Assembly (NCBI GenBank): GCA_048013815.1
Contig: CM106585.1
Location: 3,844,001-3,908,000 of the forward strand
DNA length: 64,000 nt
Direction: 5' to 3'
Source of the DNA: Setoptus koraiensis
Taxonomy: Eukaryota > Animalia > Arthropoda
Shown here piece after piece: positions 34,892 to 50,000 of the stretch; positions within the stretch are counted from its first letter, which is position 1, and every line of letters starts with the position of its first letter. Under the pieces are notes generated by a model, which had not been told where the DNA came from, did not search any database, and saw nothing but the letters and a program-made list of their open reading frames with translations. The translations under genes were made by a program, and so were the position numbers.

Positions 34892-37651
34892 GTGAGTGGG
34901 CACGCATACAGCGCGCTAATTAGATCATTGTTATTATTATCCGTTGTTGGCTGCAGATTTCGCGCCATGTTGCACAACGTTGCACAATGGTGCACAATTT
35001 TGCACAATTTTGCACAGACTTGCAGATTGTTGGCCGACAATGTCGACCGAATGTCTGGCTTGTTATAAATGCCAGCCAAATTGTCGCTCACAATTGTCAA
35101 TCAATGTCCAGCCGAGCCGACACTGTCCAACGAATGTCTGCGCCCAGTGTGATAATCGCTCGAACCTGTTGCCTCTGACGTCGACGAAAATCGGGCCCCA
35201 TTGTGCCGCTGATATCCGAGGGGCCTCAAATGGCCTGAGCGAGGCACGTTGTGCAGTCGGTTGGTTAGTGCAGCCAAGTCCAAAAAGTGAAACTGTCTGG
35301 GTGAGAGAGTTGCAGAGTTTACCGCACGTTAGAGCGAGCGAGTCAGTGAACTCAAATCAATTGTTGTGCCTGTGATATGTGTGTATTGCCGTCGTTGGTC
35401 CGCAATGATTTGGCAATACTTTCAGGCAGTCACAACAACAGCGACAACAACGACAACAACAACAGCGCTGGTAAGACACAAGATACAAACAGAGAGAAAG
35501 GACAACATTGGTGACATCATCGAAATCATCCCGTTCACGATAATATAGCACAACACACACAATTGTTTAGCTGCAATTGGCAAGTTGTGTTGCGTTGTTG
35601 CAATTGATTGCTGTCGCTGTTTGGCGGTCTTGGCAATGCTGGCAAGCTGGCCACTTGTTGCCAGTTGCCCGTTGCCCGTTGTGAGTACTTTCTCTCTGTC
35701 GATGCGATCCAATTGGATCCAATCGGATCGGATCAGATCAGATCGAGCGAGCCTGAGCTGGCCTGCACTAGCCTGACCTGGTCCAACGGCGCCGCCGCCG
35801 CTGCTGGCCCTGGCTGGCCGACAAACCGCTACTGTCTGTTCTTTTTTGTTGTTGTTGTTGTTGTTGTTGTTGTTCCATTCTATTGGACAACGACAAATGG
35901 AGGTTTCGGTTAGCTTGTTCAGTTCGATCAGTTTACGCAGACAAAACTGTTGGTTAACTGTATCGAAGACGATACTGGAACTTTCATTAGGCGACGACTC
36001 GAACTTTGTTCGTTTAAACTTTTTCAATTCTTGCACACGCTGGCGAGCCTGTCAGTCGGCGCTGAATGGTCGCAGTTGTTGTTGTTGTCGCTGTTGTTGC
36101 TGTCGCTGTTGTTGCTGGTGAAACGAAGCAACGGTTGACATCGAGCATCGTTCACCGTTTTCTCAGCAATTGGTTTACACAGCGGGCAACAGTGACAACA
36201 ATTGAGCGTCGATGGCCAATTACTGCTTTGTTACACTTACAGTTGCCTCTCGATCGCTGTCTCGCTTCTTGCGACAGCGGCCAATTCTTCTGGCTCGACA
36301 ATGTTGCCCAGCAGTAATTGTAGACCATCTCGGTCTCGGGACGATCCAGCGAAATCGAGAACGAATCCGAGAGCGAATCCGAGAGCGCATTCGGGAGCGC
36401 ATTCGGGAGCGCATTCGAGAGCGAACTCGCTCGAATTCGAAAACGGCCAACTCCAGTTCGACGGCGGCTGCAGCCGAACTCGAGCTGCAATCGGCTGCCA
36501 ATCGATCGTTCCATTGATTCAATAGACGACGATTACACACAAATGAAACCATTGAATTTGTCTCACTGGCACTGTGTCACTTTGCTCGCCCGCTCGCTGC
36601 CATTTGTGCCCTGCGATGGCCACACTTTGTAACTGCCACCGTCCTCTGCTTTGGTCGCTTCGTGTGTGCGCGATGCTGGCACCCCTAACGGCCGATGCTC
36701 GCCCGGCTGGGTCGTTGACCAGTGACATCGGCGGCCAGTTGACGAAACGGCCAAGAAGCCAACAAGATGCGCTAATAATAGTACGTAACGGGCCCGGCAC
36801 TTGCCCGCCGCACACCCCGTCGGACGCGGTTTGTCCGCTCCGGCCAGTCGGACAAAGCGCTCACAGTGTGTGTGTGTCGGGCGGCCAAACTCGGAGACGA
36901 AACTTTTAAACTTATAAACTTATAAACTTAAAAACGCACACACACACGCTCGTGAGCCAACGGCACAACGGCCAGTGATCGATGAGGCTGCACCATATCG
37001 CACCGTCGCACCGTTGCACCGTCGCGCCATATCGCACCCGATGCGAGCGAGAAATCGCGGCGGCCCGACAGACGCTCGTGCACGCAAGCACGTGTTGCGT
37101 ACGTGCATCGCTGGCAGCGGCGCAAACGCGTACGCGACGCGGGTCCACATCCTCTCTGGGCGACTTGCGCAACAGTTGAGCGCCGCCAGCATCCACACGT
37201 ACGTGCACATACACGAGTAGTGGTGACTGTCATTGTCGCCCCTGCGAGCCATTGTCAACTGTCGACTTACCTGGGCCGGCGACGACGACGACGACGACGA
37301 CGCAACGGTAGTCGTGACGGCAAACACGCCAGCACGTTCTCCGCTGGGCGCGTTCTCAGCAACAGTAATTCGGCCACGCAACCCGGCGACGGCCAACTGC
37401 TGACCAGCGCTGTCGAGTACGGCACACACACAGTGTGCCGCAGCACCAAACTGTTGCGTCACTTATGGCGGCGCTGCCGGTCATTCGCTGTCGCGCCGCT
37501 AATTCGAGCCGCGTTCTCACGGTGGGCACGGTGCAACAGCGGTCGCTGTTGCGCAACCTTTGGCGCTGCTGCGTCTGTCTGGCTTCTTCTTTGTCGCCGG
37601 TGCCGTTCATTGATTTTTCCCGTTGCATCATTTTCGCGTCGTCCCATCCGA

Positions 37652-37724
37652 GCCGTTCGAAGCGTTCGCAGTGTTCGAAGCGTTCGCAGTGTTCGAAGCG
37701 TTCGCGGCGCTCGCAGCGCTCGAA
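37652..37724. repeat. GCGTTCG-type 9/18-bp minisatellite
   Basis: ccgttcgaa gcgttcgca gtgttcgaa gcgttcgca gtgttcgaa gcgttcgcg. Confidence 0.85.
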
Positions 37725-38425
37725 CATATTTCGTGCCGGCGCACAACTTATCGCATTAGCGCACACAGTAGCGGGCCAACAAAAGCTTTTGTCGCCAACG
37801 ATTACAAACGACGACAGCGCTCTCAATGGGCATCGTCAGGTAAATGGTCGTCGACTGGTCACCTTATGGTCATTCGGGGCTCGACCGGCGCACACAATGG
37901 CCGGCGCACAGTGGGCACAATCCCATTGCATGCGGGCCACTGTACGTCCACGTAAGCAATTGCAGTGCGATATGTGCGCCGATTACGTCACTGCTGGTCG
38001 CAAACGCAACATGCAGCGCCGCTTGCGACCAACAGTGTCCAACTGCGCGTATTTGCATATTGGTCATGCTCGACACACACACACACACACACACATGGAT
38101 CATCGGTCAGCTACGTGCAACTGCTCATGCATAGGCACGCCAAAATGAGCGACTCGCGCAAATGCGTGAGCAAATGAATAATTGCGCGCGCGCTCGCAAA
38201 TTTATTTGCAGTTAGAAGCTGCAAGTTGCGACTCGGAACGCGAGAAAACGAACGCGAACAAACGCACACACATTGCATCACACGGGACGCGACGAGAAAT
38301 TCCTGGGGCCCATTTGCAGACAGCAGCCCAGTTGCACAACATCCCGACGACAACAAAGTATTGTGCTGCGAACGTTCTCACGATTGCGACACTCACACAC
38401 CGGCCACCGCGCTTATGTAACACGT

Positions 38426-38465
<40 letters not shown>

Positions 38466-40942
38466 GGTACAGGTAACGGTCATTCTTGGGCCGTGCACGC
38501 ACAGTCGGTGCCGCGGTGCGCGTGATTGTCGCGCCGGCTAAGCGGTCAATCGGCGGGCCCAGTTGAACCCAATCACAACGGGCGCCTGGTCAACCGGTCG
38601 ATCAACTGGTTGCGTCGTCCATTGCACAATTGCCCCCGGCGACACTGCTGCCCCCTCCGGCCAGGTAACTTACCTGAGGCAGGGGCTCGTCCGTACGTCC
38701 GCTCGTCCGCTCGCTCGCACGTTCGTCACCGCTGGCCGTCACAAACTCGGGCCTCACCTGTCCGAACTCTGCGCCGGGCCACTTTCTCACGCTTGCAGTG
38801 AGCGACGAGCCGCGCAGCAAAGTAACGGGCAGCAAAGTAACGCGCAGCAAGCAAGAAAAAGCCGGTCGCCGAGGCCGCCGATGGACAGTGGTCAACGGCG
38901 CAGAGTCGGTGTGCCAACAACAGGCTGCTGTGCTGCGTAAATCTGGCGGATAAGTCTGGCGCGAAACTTTCGGCACGAACGAGACGCCGAGCTGCTTTGC
39001 ATACTGTTTTCGCTGGCTTGCGAATGGAAGCGATCGAGCGGCTCCGATCGCGCAATCGCCCGAGCCAAGCGATTGTCAGAGGGACGGATTGCGAGTGACG
39101 ATGTTGCGATCGCCTGATTTCAGGATTGTGTTTGCGGCGGCCGGCCAGCGTGCGTACGTGTTCAAGGTGAACTCCATTTAATTAGAGCCGCAATGGGCGA
39201 GCGAGAGTCATTAGTTGCAGCACGCACTGTTGCTCGTCGTCGTCGTGCTCGTCAAATGCGCCCGATCGGCCACTTGACTGACGGCGGCAGCATCTGATTT
39301 GCGGGCTAATATTGGCGGACTGACATTGGCGGGCCAATAAATAAAAATTGGCTCCACTAATGGGGTCACACTCTGATAGTTTTATTCTGGGCTGCTCAGG
39401 TGAGCACCCAGAATAACGCTGTCACATGGTTTTGAGTTTGCAGTTGGTGCGTTATTGAATAATTGTCAATTGGCGCTCGCATGAGCGCCGCTCAATTAAG
39501 ACAACGTGCCTTGGTTGCCTTGTCGTGCTGCTTGCCGTGCCCGCGAACGGCAACCGCGCCGGGCACCGCGCCGGGCACCGCAACAGGCGAGGAGCGCGCG
39601 CTCGGTGGCGACTGTCGCTCACGATCGACTCAGTCGGATCGAGCGATAATTAATTGGACGACTCGTCGAGGTTGCGACGAGAATGGTCGCGACAGCCGCC
39701 GAGAGAACCGCCGAAAGTGCCGACGGCGAGCGGATAAAATGATTAGTGGCGAGTCTGATTGGAATGATTGGTGGCGAGTCTGATCGGAATGATTAGTGTG
39801 CGCAGATCGCTGTTCCGCCGTTGCGAGTTGTGGCGGCCCGCAGCGCGCATCGGGAAAAGCGGCCAGCGGCGCCCGTTCTCACACTCGGGCCGGCGGGCAA
39901 GCGCGACAAGTCGGCGGCGCTCACGAGGCGGGGATGGCTCAGCAAAAGTGGAAATTATTATCATTATTATTCAGCTAGCCAGCCAGCCAATGTCAGGCGT
40001 TATGTTAATGTCGGCACCAGCCGACAGCCGACAGCGACAACAATTCAACTGGCGAGCAAGGTCATTGTCTATTCATTTGCATGTCGAGCGCTCATTACTG
40101 GTTTGGCCGGCGTGCGCGCTGGCCGGCGCCTCGGCACTGTCCGCCGCTCGCACGGTGGCTTACCTGTGTCTGTGGCAGTGGCAGTGGCAGTGTTTGCAGG
40201 GTCCGCGGTGGCCGGTCGGCGCTGTCGGCGGCTCGAATCGGCCAGTTCGGCCGGCCGGCATTAGTTTTTAGTTAGTTGGCAGTCGCCAGTTGGCGGCCAT
40301 TCCGACAGAAAATTGAGAATTGGCGGCCACTGTTGCGCAATGCCCGCACCGTCGCACTGGTCAGGCTGGCAAGGTGTGCGCGCAAGCGGCCAAATGTGTA
40401 GCGAAGCGAAAACAAACAACAATACTTTGTGTGAACACTGTTTGTCCGCTTAACCCAAACAACTCTATCGAGCTCGCTGGCGATCGGACGGCGGCCGCAG
40501 CGGCGACAACAGCGACAACAGCGACAACGGCAGCTCGCCGCTTGCTTTGTCCGCCCGTCCGCCAATGCCAATTGTTGCTGTCAGTGCGCTGCTCGCTGCT
40601 AATTCTTGTTGTTGCGCATTAATAGGGCTAATTATTGAACGGCGACGGCTCGGCCCGAAAGTGACCAGCGCTCGCCAACCATCAATTACCTGCGCCAAAC
40701 CGGACCCGGCCGCGCCGAGCCGAACTGGCCGGACCGGTTGTATTGTCCTTTGCGCGCAGGTCGCCTGACATGTCGTTTACGAGCGAGCCGTGCAAACAAG
40801 CCCGCCAAGCGGCACGTACAAGCGAACGTATCGCTGACCAAATGAGCGTATCGAATTGTTACGCAAGCCGGCCGCCGATCGATCGTCAATTGTGCGCCCT
40901 CGTCTAATTTGAGCGCGCTCGGCGCAGCTCGCCCGCCCAAAT

Positions 40943-41060
40943 TACCCGACCGGCCGCTCGCCTGCCAGAATTACCCGGCCGCTCGCCCGCCACAATCACC
41001 CGGCCGCTCGCCTGCCAGAATTACCCGGCCGCTCGCCTGCCAGAATCACCCGACCGCCCG
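40943..41060. repeat. Degenerate ~23-29-bp tandem repeat
   Basis: aattacccg(acc)gccgctcgcctgccag units. Confidence 0.8.
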
Positions 41061-44000
41061 GCCGCTCGCAAAGCACCTGTCCATTAGTTGTCCATTAGTT
41101 GTCTATTGATGGTCTGTCGGTTGCACGGCGGCGGCAGGTGTTTGCGAAGAAGATCACCTTGACAGCGGCGCCCATTTGTCAGCACGTTCGCGGACTGTGC
41201 CGCGCAGCGGGCACAGTTTGTGTGCAGTCGCACGCTGCCCAAGCGACAGTGCAACTGTTGAAAGGTTTAAAACAGCCAATTGTGTCGATGCCGCTCGTAT
41301 GTAAATAAACAAACAAACGAAGCTCGGTCAAGCGGTCTTGGCACGGTCATCTGACACGGGCCAGGCTTGTGTGTGCTGGTCAGATGATGGCACAACAGCA
41401 GTGAGGCGGCACAGCAGCGTAATAGTGGTTGCGACATGCGCACAGAATTCAATGATAGTGTATGCGATCATTGGATATTTGCAGTTGCTGTCGTTGTCAA
41501 CTGGCGGCTATCGGCGGCCGGCCACTGGAGCGCCCATTCAACTGACTCGGGCCGGCGAGTCGCAGAGGCCGCTTCGTTGCGATTGGCGGGCCGCTCGGGC
41601 GCTGGTTGGTTGTGGCAGCGTGAAGCTTCTTTTTGGTCGGTTGGCCGGCCGGCCGGTCGCCACCCATGCGACGGCCGGCACACCGACACACAGGGCACAG
41701 GCAACGAGCTCGGCCGACGGGCACAGGCAACGAGCTCGGCCGACGGGCACAGGTAACGAGCACAGGTAACGAGCACGCAAGGCAAGCAAACGAGAGGCAA
41801 GCAAACAAGGGCGAGCGGGACAGCAACGGTCCGGTTGTGCGCAAGCTTGTTGGCGTTGTCGCAATGGCTCGAGCTGTTGTGTTATGCAACATTGACTCTA
41901 CTAATAGCGTGGCACAAGGGCCAAACGCCAAGAGCTGGACACTGCTAATGACTTTCGTTGTCCAATTGACTCTGTCATGCACACACACATGTTACACATA
42001 TTGTTACATGTTTGTGTTGTGTTGTTCGCCAATTCAAAGCACAATGTCATTAGACAACAGCAGCCAGAAACAATTGACAACAACAACAACAACAACAACA
42101 ACAGGTCCACTTGCCACTGCACTGGCTCGCCAATTGCGCAAGTATCAGATCGGACGGCAACTTGTGGAGGACAACTAGTCAGAGCTCTGTCAGACAAGCG
42201 CATGTTTGTATATCTGACAGTTTGTCTCTGTGCAATATGTTGGCTCACAGCGCCATATTGTACACACACACACACTCTAAATAAGTCACTTTAAATAGCC
42301 AGTGATGAATTTATATTTGGACATATTATCTCTGTTTGTTTGGCGTTGCGCAAGCGGCGTTGCAGTCGCAGTTGCAGTCGCAGTTGCGCTTGTATCAGTG
42401 CGAGTATCGGCGTCGGTATCGGTGTCGCTTCACCTGTCCACTGCGCAATGTTTGCAGTGGGCACCATTGTCCGTCGCCAATAGTGCAATATGCGTAATAT
42501 TGTCATATTGTGCTGCTCGATGAACACACAAACTATCGCCAGTAATTGCACCTCCTGCAGCAGTTTACGATTGCAACAATTGCTGCGGGGTTGCTCGCCT
42601 CGCTAGTCGGTTCGCCTCGCTAGTCGGCTCGCCGGCCGCTCCGCTCCTCCGACCGGCCGACTCGTCGACTATCGGGCTATCTGACCGTCGGGCCGGCTCC
42701 GACTGGACGGCCGGTCGAGCCGATTGGAGCCGGTGAGCCGGTCGCAGCCAGTTGAAGCCGGTCGCGGCCGGTCGCAAGCAGCGACACAGACGCAAAGTGG
42801 CGACAATCGACCAATAGACCGAATAGCTCTCCTCTGGTTGCGTAACTCGACGCTCGTCGTCGCCATGCCAACGGTCAAACAGAGTCAACGAGTCAACACA
42901 AACTCGCTCGCACACATACTGTGAGAGATAAAACACAAAGACAAAAAACAAACAGTAACAAACAAAAAGACAATTTGCAAAGACAATTCAACAATGTTTG
43001 CCAACACAATGTCGCCGAGACAACTGACCAACTGGGCGCACTTGCTAACTTTGCTCCTCTATCTATCTGTTTGCCTCCTCTAATTTTGCCCGTCTCTAAA
43101 TCTCAATTTGTTTCTCCTCTAAACGGCCCGCGTCGCCCTATCTGGTCCGATCTGGTCAATCGACAATTAAAATCGGACAATGTCAACTGCTCACTCATCC
43201 AACCGATGGCCGCCAACACACACACACACACACACACACACAACGATGCATAACTGATAATTGTTGACCACCGGTGCACAACAACGCCAACGACGGCGCA
43301 CAACAACGACAACGACGACGCACAACAACGACAACGCGACAACCGATTCAATGCGCCAAAAGGTAGGTGAAGCGCAAAGGATAAATATAAATCTTAGACA
43401 TGAGACTATCATAACTGATTGACGATGAACTCAACAAGCCGATAATGACACATAATTGAGGCACTTGTAATTGCATATTCGCTTCATTTGTGTTTCAGAC
43501 ACTGTCCGCTAGTCGAGCGATTGTAATTAGAGATAGTAATTCACTGGTGGCAGGCAATTACTTCGAGTGGCGCTCGTCCTCGATGGCGTTTGCCTTTTCT
43601 CGCCACTAGCCGCTCGCTGCTCGCTAATAGTCGCAAATTCTCTCAAATTGTCGGCTTGGCTCGATGGACGGAATTGCGCAACAAACGGCATCGCGCTTAA
43701 TAGACACAACGATGGACGCAGTTGCGTAATAGGCGGCGTCGCATCGCAAACGGTGGTCATTTGTGTTTGTTTTGTTTCATCCGAGTGTGTCTATCGTGAT
43801 GGACACACACAAGGCGCGAATGTTGATTAAGACGCAGCAGCGGCTTGTATGTGCGACGTGAAGTGAGCTGTTTGTTGTTACGTCATTTGAATGAGATTCA
43901 ATTTTGATCGCGCGTCACAATATCGCACGACTGTCGCTGACCGGCGCGGCCACGACCACACACGCCAACTAGCGAGCGCGACAAGAGCAACCACGGCCCC

Positions 44001-47000
44001 CGCTTTCGACAGTGGTGCCAACAGTGGTCAAGTGGCACCTGTTACCTGTGCGCAACAACAAACCACCGGCCGGTCAGTCGCTTGAATTGAATTGAATTTG
44101 GCGGCTGGCCAGCGATTTTGGCTGGTTGGCATTGGTGGCGCAACGTCATGACCAATTGAACATTGGTCATTGATTATCATTGGTTATTTATGTTGTGTCG
44201 TTGTCGTTGTTGTTGTTGTTGTTGTTGTTGCTAGGTGTTGGCTGTTATTATTTTATTATTGTGTGAGTGGCATTGTTGGCATTGCTGGCGCCGCTGGCGT
44301 CGTCATTATTCATCGGCTCACTCACTAATTGCCCACTAATAGCTTGCATTAACATGCCAGACCGTGTGCGTTCGTCTTCTTTCGTTTGTTACATAACGCA
44401 CGACAGCAACAGCAGCAACAGCAACAACGCCAACGGCAGCAGTAATTGTTGACTTGTTAGCGGCGACTGAAAAATGATAATATTTCATTATTTCGCATGG
44501 CGAGTGTGGCCGCTATCGATGGTCATTGTTCGGCCCACGTGAACATGAGCGCCGTACATACATGGCGTCGTGTGTGCCGTATGGGCCGTGTGTTTTACAA
44601 TAATAATTTCGCAAACTCACGCCAACTCGCCGGCCATTGCATAAGCGAGCGAGCGAGCGAGCGATCGGCCGGCCATTGCATTTTCACGAACGAATTGCAT
44701 CGCGCCATCGCTTGGCGCGGTTATGTAAGGCCAGACTGGACGACGCCTATGGCCAGTCGCATAGTTATATATATACGTATATATTTGGCTGGTCAGTGAC
44801 AATTGGGTGGCCAGAGCGAGTAGTGGACAAACAAGAGTTGCGCACAACAAACAATCTCTTTGTGTGACTATTTCAACAATTGTAATCCGACTACGGAGGT
44901 CAGCAACTTTGAGCCAGCAGCCGCTTGCTGGCTCGGCCAGCCCGATTGCGGCGCCGAGCGAGTGGCAAGCGCGTTTGAAAGGCATTCAAAACAAGAGAGA
45001 GCCCAAACAACAATAAAATAATAGCACTCAGACAGGATGGACAGCGCACACATAAAGAAACAGTTTTAAATTGCAAACGAAAGCGGCCAGCAAATACGCG
45101 CAAACAGGTGAACCTTGAATCGCCAGCACTCTCTGTGCCAATACCCGTGTGTCGTCGTTGCCCGTGTGTCGTCGTTACCTGTGCTCGTTACCTGTGCGTC
45201 GTGGTTACCTGTGCGTCGTCGTTAGCTGTGCGTCGTCGTTAGCTGTGTGTCGTGGTAACACAGGTAACTGGCAACACACGGGCACAGGTACGTTGGCTGG
45301 TTAGCCAGTTGAGAGCCAGTCGAGAGCCAGTTGAGAGCCAGTTGAGGGGCAAGCGAGAGGCAAGCGAGAGCGACAAATATGGCCAGCGGTAATAGAGTTG
45401 CAAAAGTAAGTGGGCGCCGCTGACAAACCGGCCGACACACACACACTCACGCCGTCTCATTGTGCGAGGGGACGCAACAACAATCAAGGCCGTCGCAACG
45501 CCGGCGCCCATCTTAATTAACGTGCGCCCAATTGATGTGCATGCAAATCACGGCCCGATCGCCGGCCAATCAATCGCTTTTGGGCTGCTGTTTGCCCAAA
45601 CGCGTGGCCAAAAGCCCGTTGTCCGCAATTCGAACGTCGCCTCGTTGGCCCGCAATTCAAACGTCGCCCCGTTGCCCGTCGTTGAATCGCAACTAGGCCG
45701 CGCCGGGCCGCACTACGACGCACCGGGCCGCACTAAGACGCACCGGGCCGCACTGCGACGGCCCGCGAGACCGAGACCGGCCAGGCGGACAAATATAGAA
45801 ATGTAAGCCAATGTAAATGTATTAATGGTTGTCATGCCATGCTGTGGCTTTTGTTGGCGATAGCCAATTGCCGACTGGCAGCCAATTGCCGATGGCCGCC
45901 GACTGGCACGACACGCCAGCCAGAGATGCGCTCGATTAGATAGCTCTCATCGCGTGTTAATGTGGTTGTTGCGCAATGGTCTCGATAAAAATCCCTATCT
46001 TGCCATATCTTGCCATATCTTGCCATATCTTGCCATATCTCGCCAGCCCATTTCAGCCCATTGTGACCTGCAACAAAAAGGATATTTTTTATTTATTTTG
46101 CAATATAATCTCGTCATTGTAATCTAAATATACTTGCTCGCTCGTATATTGATTTGTGCCGATCGATTTGGTCATATTTGGCCCTAACCGCACACAAGCG
46201 ACGGCTGTCAGTATCGACATCGTCGACGGGCCGCCGATTAGCCAGACACGACACATTGTTTTGTGTTTGTGTCCCACAAACTATCCGACAATTATTATTA
46301 GACATTAGATTGTGTGTGTGTGTGTGTGTGTGTGTGTCGGTGCGAAACAACAACAATTATTACGTAACGGCCATTTCTTCGGCAACAGAATGTTGTTTGA
46401 ATTATTTTTATAATTCAAACAATTTCGTATTTCTATTTCGGGGCCTGCTGCTCGTTGCGACGAGCTCTACCCACTGGCCCAGTGGTTGCGGCGACAAATT
46501 ATGCGCACCGACGGCGTCGTCTAGACTCCATTATCCGTTTATCTGGCATTAGTCTGGATAAACGGACGGCATTGGCCCACTTTTGGTTAAACAACAACGG
46601 CAATCACAAGATAGCCGAAAGGTCACTCGTATCAGGCGATCCGCAAATTACCTGTGTGCCGTTGCCGTTGTCACATATTTCCATATATTTATACGTATAT
46701 ACACATGCGTTTGTACATGGCAACGGCCATATCGCACGGTACCGTGCGATATGGCCGCGGCCGGGCTTGAATTGTGCCGCACAGCCGCGGTCACAAATGG
46801 CCGCGGCAAAAGTGTCGCCCTCATTCGACCAGAACGCGCGCTGCGCGACCTATAACGGGCCCCCGGCGGCGGCCACGTACCGCCAACGGGCCGGCCAGTG
46901 TGGGGCCAGTGGTGAGTTGTGTAACAGTGACCCTGTATAAAGTGGCCTATAAACAGAGGGGCCACAATCGGCCAGCATACAACAATGATACTATTGTGTG

Positions 47001-50000
47001 TGTGTGTGTGTGCACCATTTTGTTGCAGTTGATTGCGCGTGTGCGAGCACGTGCACGTCACTGTGCCCGCTTTTGCCATATTGACCCGTACAATCCGATC
47101 CGCGTTTCCCATTTAAATGAGTACGCAAATCGTGCTCATTTAACATGGGGCCTCCTCCAATTGATCGAGCTCACTGTGTGCCTTTTAATTATCATACATG
47201 CATTGTGTGTGCAATTATCGGTGATCGTGTGCAACTGTGCCACAATTTGCAACAATTGTGCCGTCGCTGGACACAAGAATTGTGGGTGCAACACGAGTGC
47301 ATGTGAGCGCGTTCTGCCCCCTATTCTGGCGCATTTGGCGCGCTCGTGTTGCGCAACAACGGTCTCATATGCATGTAGTTCAAGGGAGAGACGCGAGGGG
47401 CGTTGGCGTCGGCCTGAAAAAGCACCAAAAAGCTTGTGGTGACTCGATAAATCTTTGCTTTTTTCCTTCTTTTTGTTCTAGATGACTTGTTTTTCGGTTT
47501 TGTGCGTTCGATGCGACGCACGAATATCGAAAAAAACCACAAAAAGCGACCTCGAACGGACTTGGGCCGAACTACGGCCGAAGGTGCGAGTAGTGGTCGG
47601 TGGACGCGAATCCGTTGCTGGCTGTAATTATTATAGGCGCGATAGAGTGTTGGTTGTTTGTTGGGGGCGCTGTCATATGAACAGCAAATTCATTTTTCAC
47701 CAACTGCACCTCACTGCGACAGTGGCTGCATGCGCGAGCAGCGGCGATTCCGGGAACTAGCGTCGTCCATTGGCCTGTTGGCAGGCTGATTAAAACAAGC
47801 GGCTCGTTGGAGTGACGTGACCAGTTCAATTTGAGGCGCCGAGGTGCCTATTAGCTGTCATTAGGGGCCCCATTGGAATCTTGATCGGTGTGCAAGATTC
47901 TGTTTGGTGGCTCGTACTGTTGGCTGGCGTTGAGTGCAAGCGATGTCCAAGTGAACGCTTGATGGTCGCCGCTCGCCGCCTGCCGGTGATTGGGGCCAGC
48001 CACTTAAGAGGTTATCTCGACCGCGGCCGCTGCCGATGCTTGTGTCGGGCCGTAGGTGGGCCCACCGGCCGTATATCACATCGCAAATGGCACATTTAGT
48101 GTGAACGGCACATGCATCGCGACATCACCCGAAGCGCACTGACAATGGCCGGCCAACGGGACACTGTGCGGGCTGTTGGGGTCGACGTGCCGCGCGGCCC
48201 CAATTGGCACCTGTGCTCTCGTCTCGGCTGGCCGATGAAATTAAAAATTAATACTTGCCACAAAGCCGCAAAGCGGCAAATATCCGCCGGCTGCCAGTTG
48301 TTGCCAGTGGGCGCCAGTTGCCAGTGGGCGCCAGTTGCCAGTGGGCGCCCACTGGCAGTTGGAGAGCGTCAATTGACGCAATTGTGTGTTTGTTTGCGGC
48401 CTCGCGAAGTGTCATGACGCAACGCGCGTTCTCACGCTGGCCACTGGCGAGTGAATAGCCAACGGAGCGACCAGCCAGTGGAGAGACCAAACAAACAAGC
48501 GCAAAGCGAGCAAACAAACAAACAAACAAACGAATGGCTGAATGAATAAATAAATAGATCAATGCAGAGCGGAGATAGTCACGCCCACGAGCGTTGGCCA
48601 CTCAAACGGTGAATACAACGGTGAAATAGTGTTGGCCCGAACAACAATTTGCGCCCAATAATAACAGTGGCACGAGCCGGCGATATTCAAATTCTTGCGG
48701 GCCCCAAATGGCGGCTAAAAACTCGCTCGGCCATACAACATCGAACGCAAACGACACAATGAAACCGGCTCACCACTCGTAGGCTCACAACTCACGGGCT
48801 CGCGACGTAAGCTCGCGACGCAACGTGCGAGCGCATTATATAATTAACTGCAACTCGAGCTCATGTCGTCGATGGTCGTCGAGGGCAACAACAACGTGTG
48901 TCCAGAGACATTCAAACCAGAGAATTCTTGCGCCGCGTTCACTTGTCGCGCGAACGGTCACACAGCGGCACCGTTGTCATTGTTGCCGGCCCCACACGCA
49001 CGCGTTAGTCTGATTGTCGCAAAGCATGCTATTGGCGGCGCTATTGGCGCTATTGGGGCCAGCAGCCGAAATTGAAAGTTTTCAAAATTTCGCTTTATCG
49101 ACGCGCTCGCAATTGGGCCCAGTTGCGCTCGCCGGGATGGGACCGGAGCGCCGCGCGGCGCGACACGCCACTCGCCCGACTGGCCCGACTAGCCGGCCCA
49201 AAAAGTGGGGCCAGTTGGGGATGGCTAGACAGCGCGACAGACGCACGGGCAGACAGACGGGCGCGCAGACAGACGCACGGACAGGTAGACGGGGCCAAAA
49301 ATGGAATAAATGAATAAATGAGCAAATGGCCCCCATCGCCTGGCCGCCATTGTTATTGGCTGCCAATGGCATTGTTGCCAGTGGCTCGTGACAACCACAA
49401 CTCAATGTCTGTTTTGGGGCGCCCACAGCGCCCACAGCGCCCACTGCGCCCACTGCGGCATCGGGCGGCCAATGCGGCGACTCGATGATACGGCGAGCTG
49501 CCCGTGAGTGCCCACGAGCACGCAATTGTCACCTTCGCAGCGCCCAGCCGCCAAGAAAACAAACCAGCCAATTGCCTCTGTTGTTGTCCGCGGTTGTTGT
49601 CCGCGGTTGTTGTTGCGTCCGCGGTTGTTGCGTTTGCGGTTGTTGCGTCTGCGGTTGTTGCGTTTGCGGTTGAGGTGGTTGCGGTTGAGGTGGTTGCGGT
49701 GGTTGCGGTGGTTGTCTTTGTTGTCGTGGTGGTTGTCGCCGTCGCTGCGGAGCCGGTGGCGAAAATATGTCATGTTATTAGGCAAGACATTAGCTGCATA
49801 CACACACAACTGACTTTGTCACGAACCGAACCAGACCGAGCGAGGCCGGCCACGCACAGTTCGCCGCCGCTCGTTTCTCGAACACGCTCCCCGGCCAACC
49901 TGGCGAACCCAGCGAACGCCGACGAACGCCAGCGAACGCCGAAGAACGCCAGCGAACGCCGAAGAACGTGGCCGTCGACGGGCGCTCGTTTCTTGCGTCA

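Noticed and set aside
34263-34907. 214-aa antisense ORF and the other long ORFs in the GC-rich zones (for example 37103-37759, 46774-47442, 49504-50226, 55606-56385, 56118-56816)
   Set aside because: They are translations of trinucleotide and dinucleotide repeats, overlap in several frames on both strands, and show no domain or protein-like composition.
37652-37724. TTCGAA/GAAnnnTTC repeats as heat-shock elements
   Set aside because: Spacing is 0 or 3 nt rather than the 2 nt of nGAAnnTTCn.
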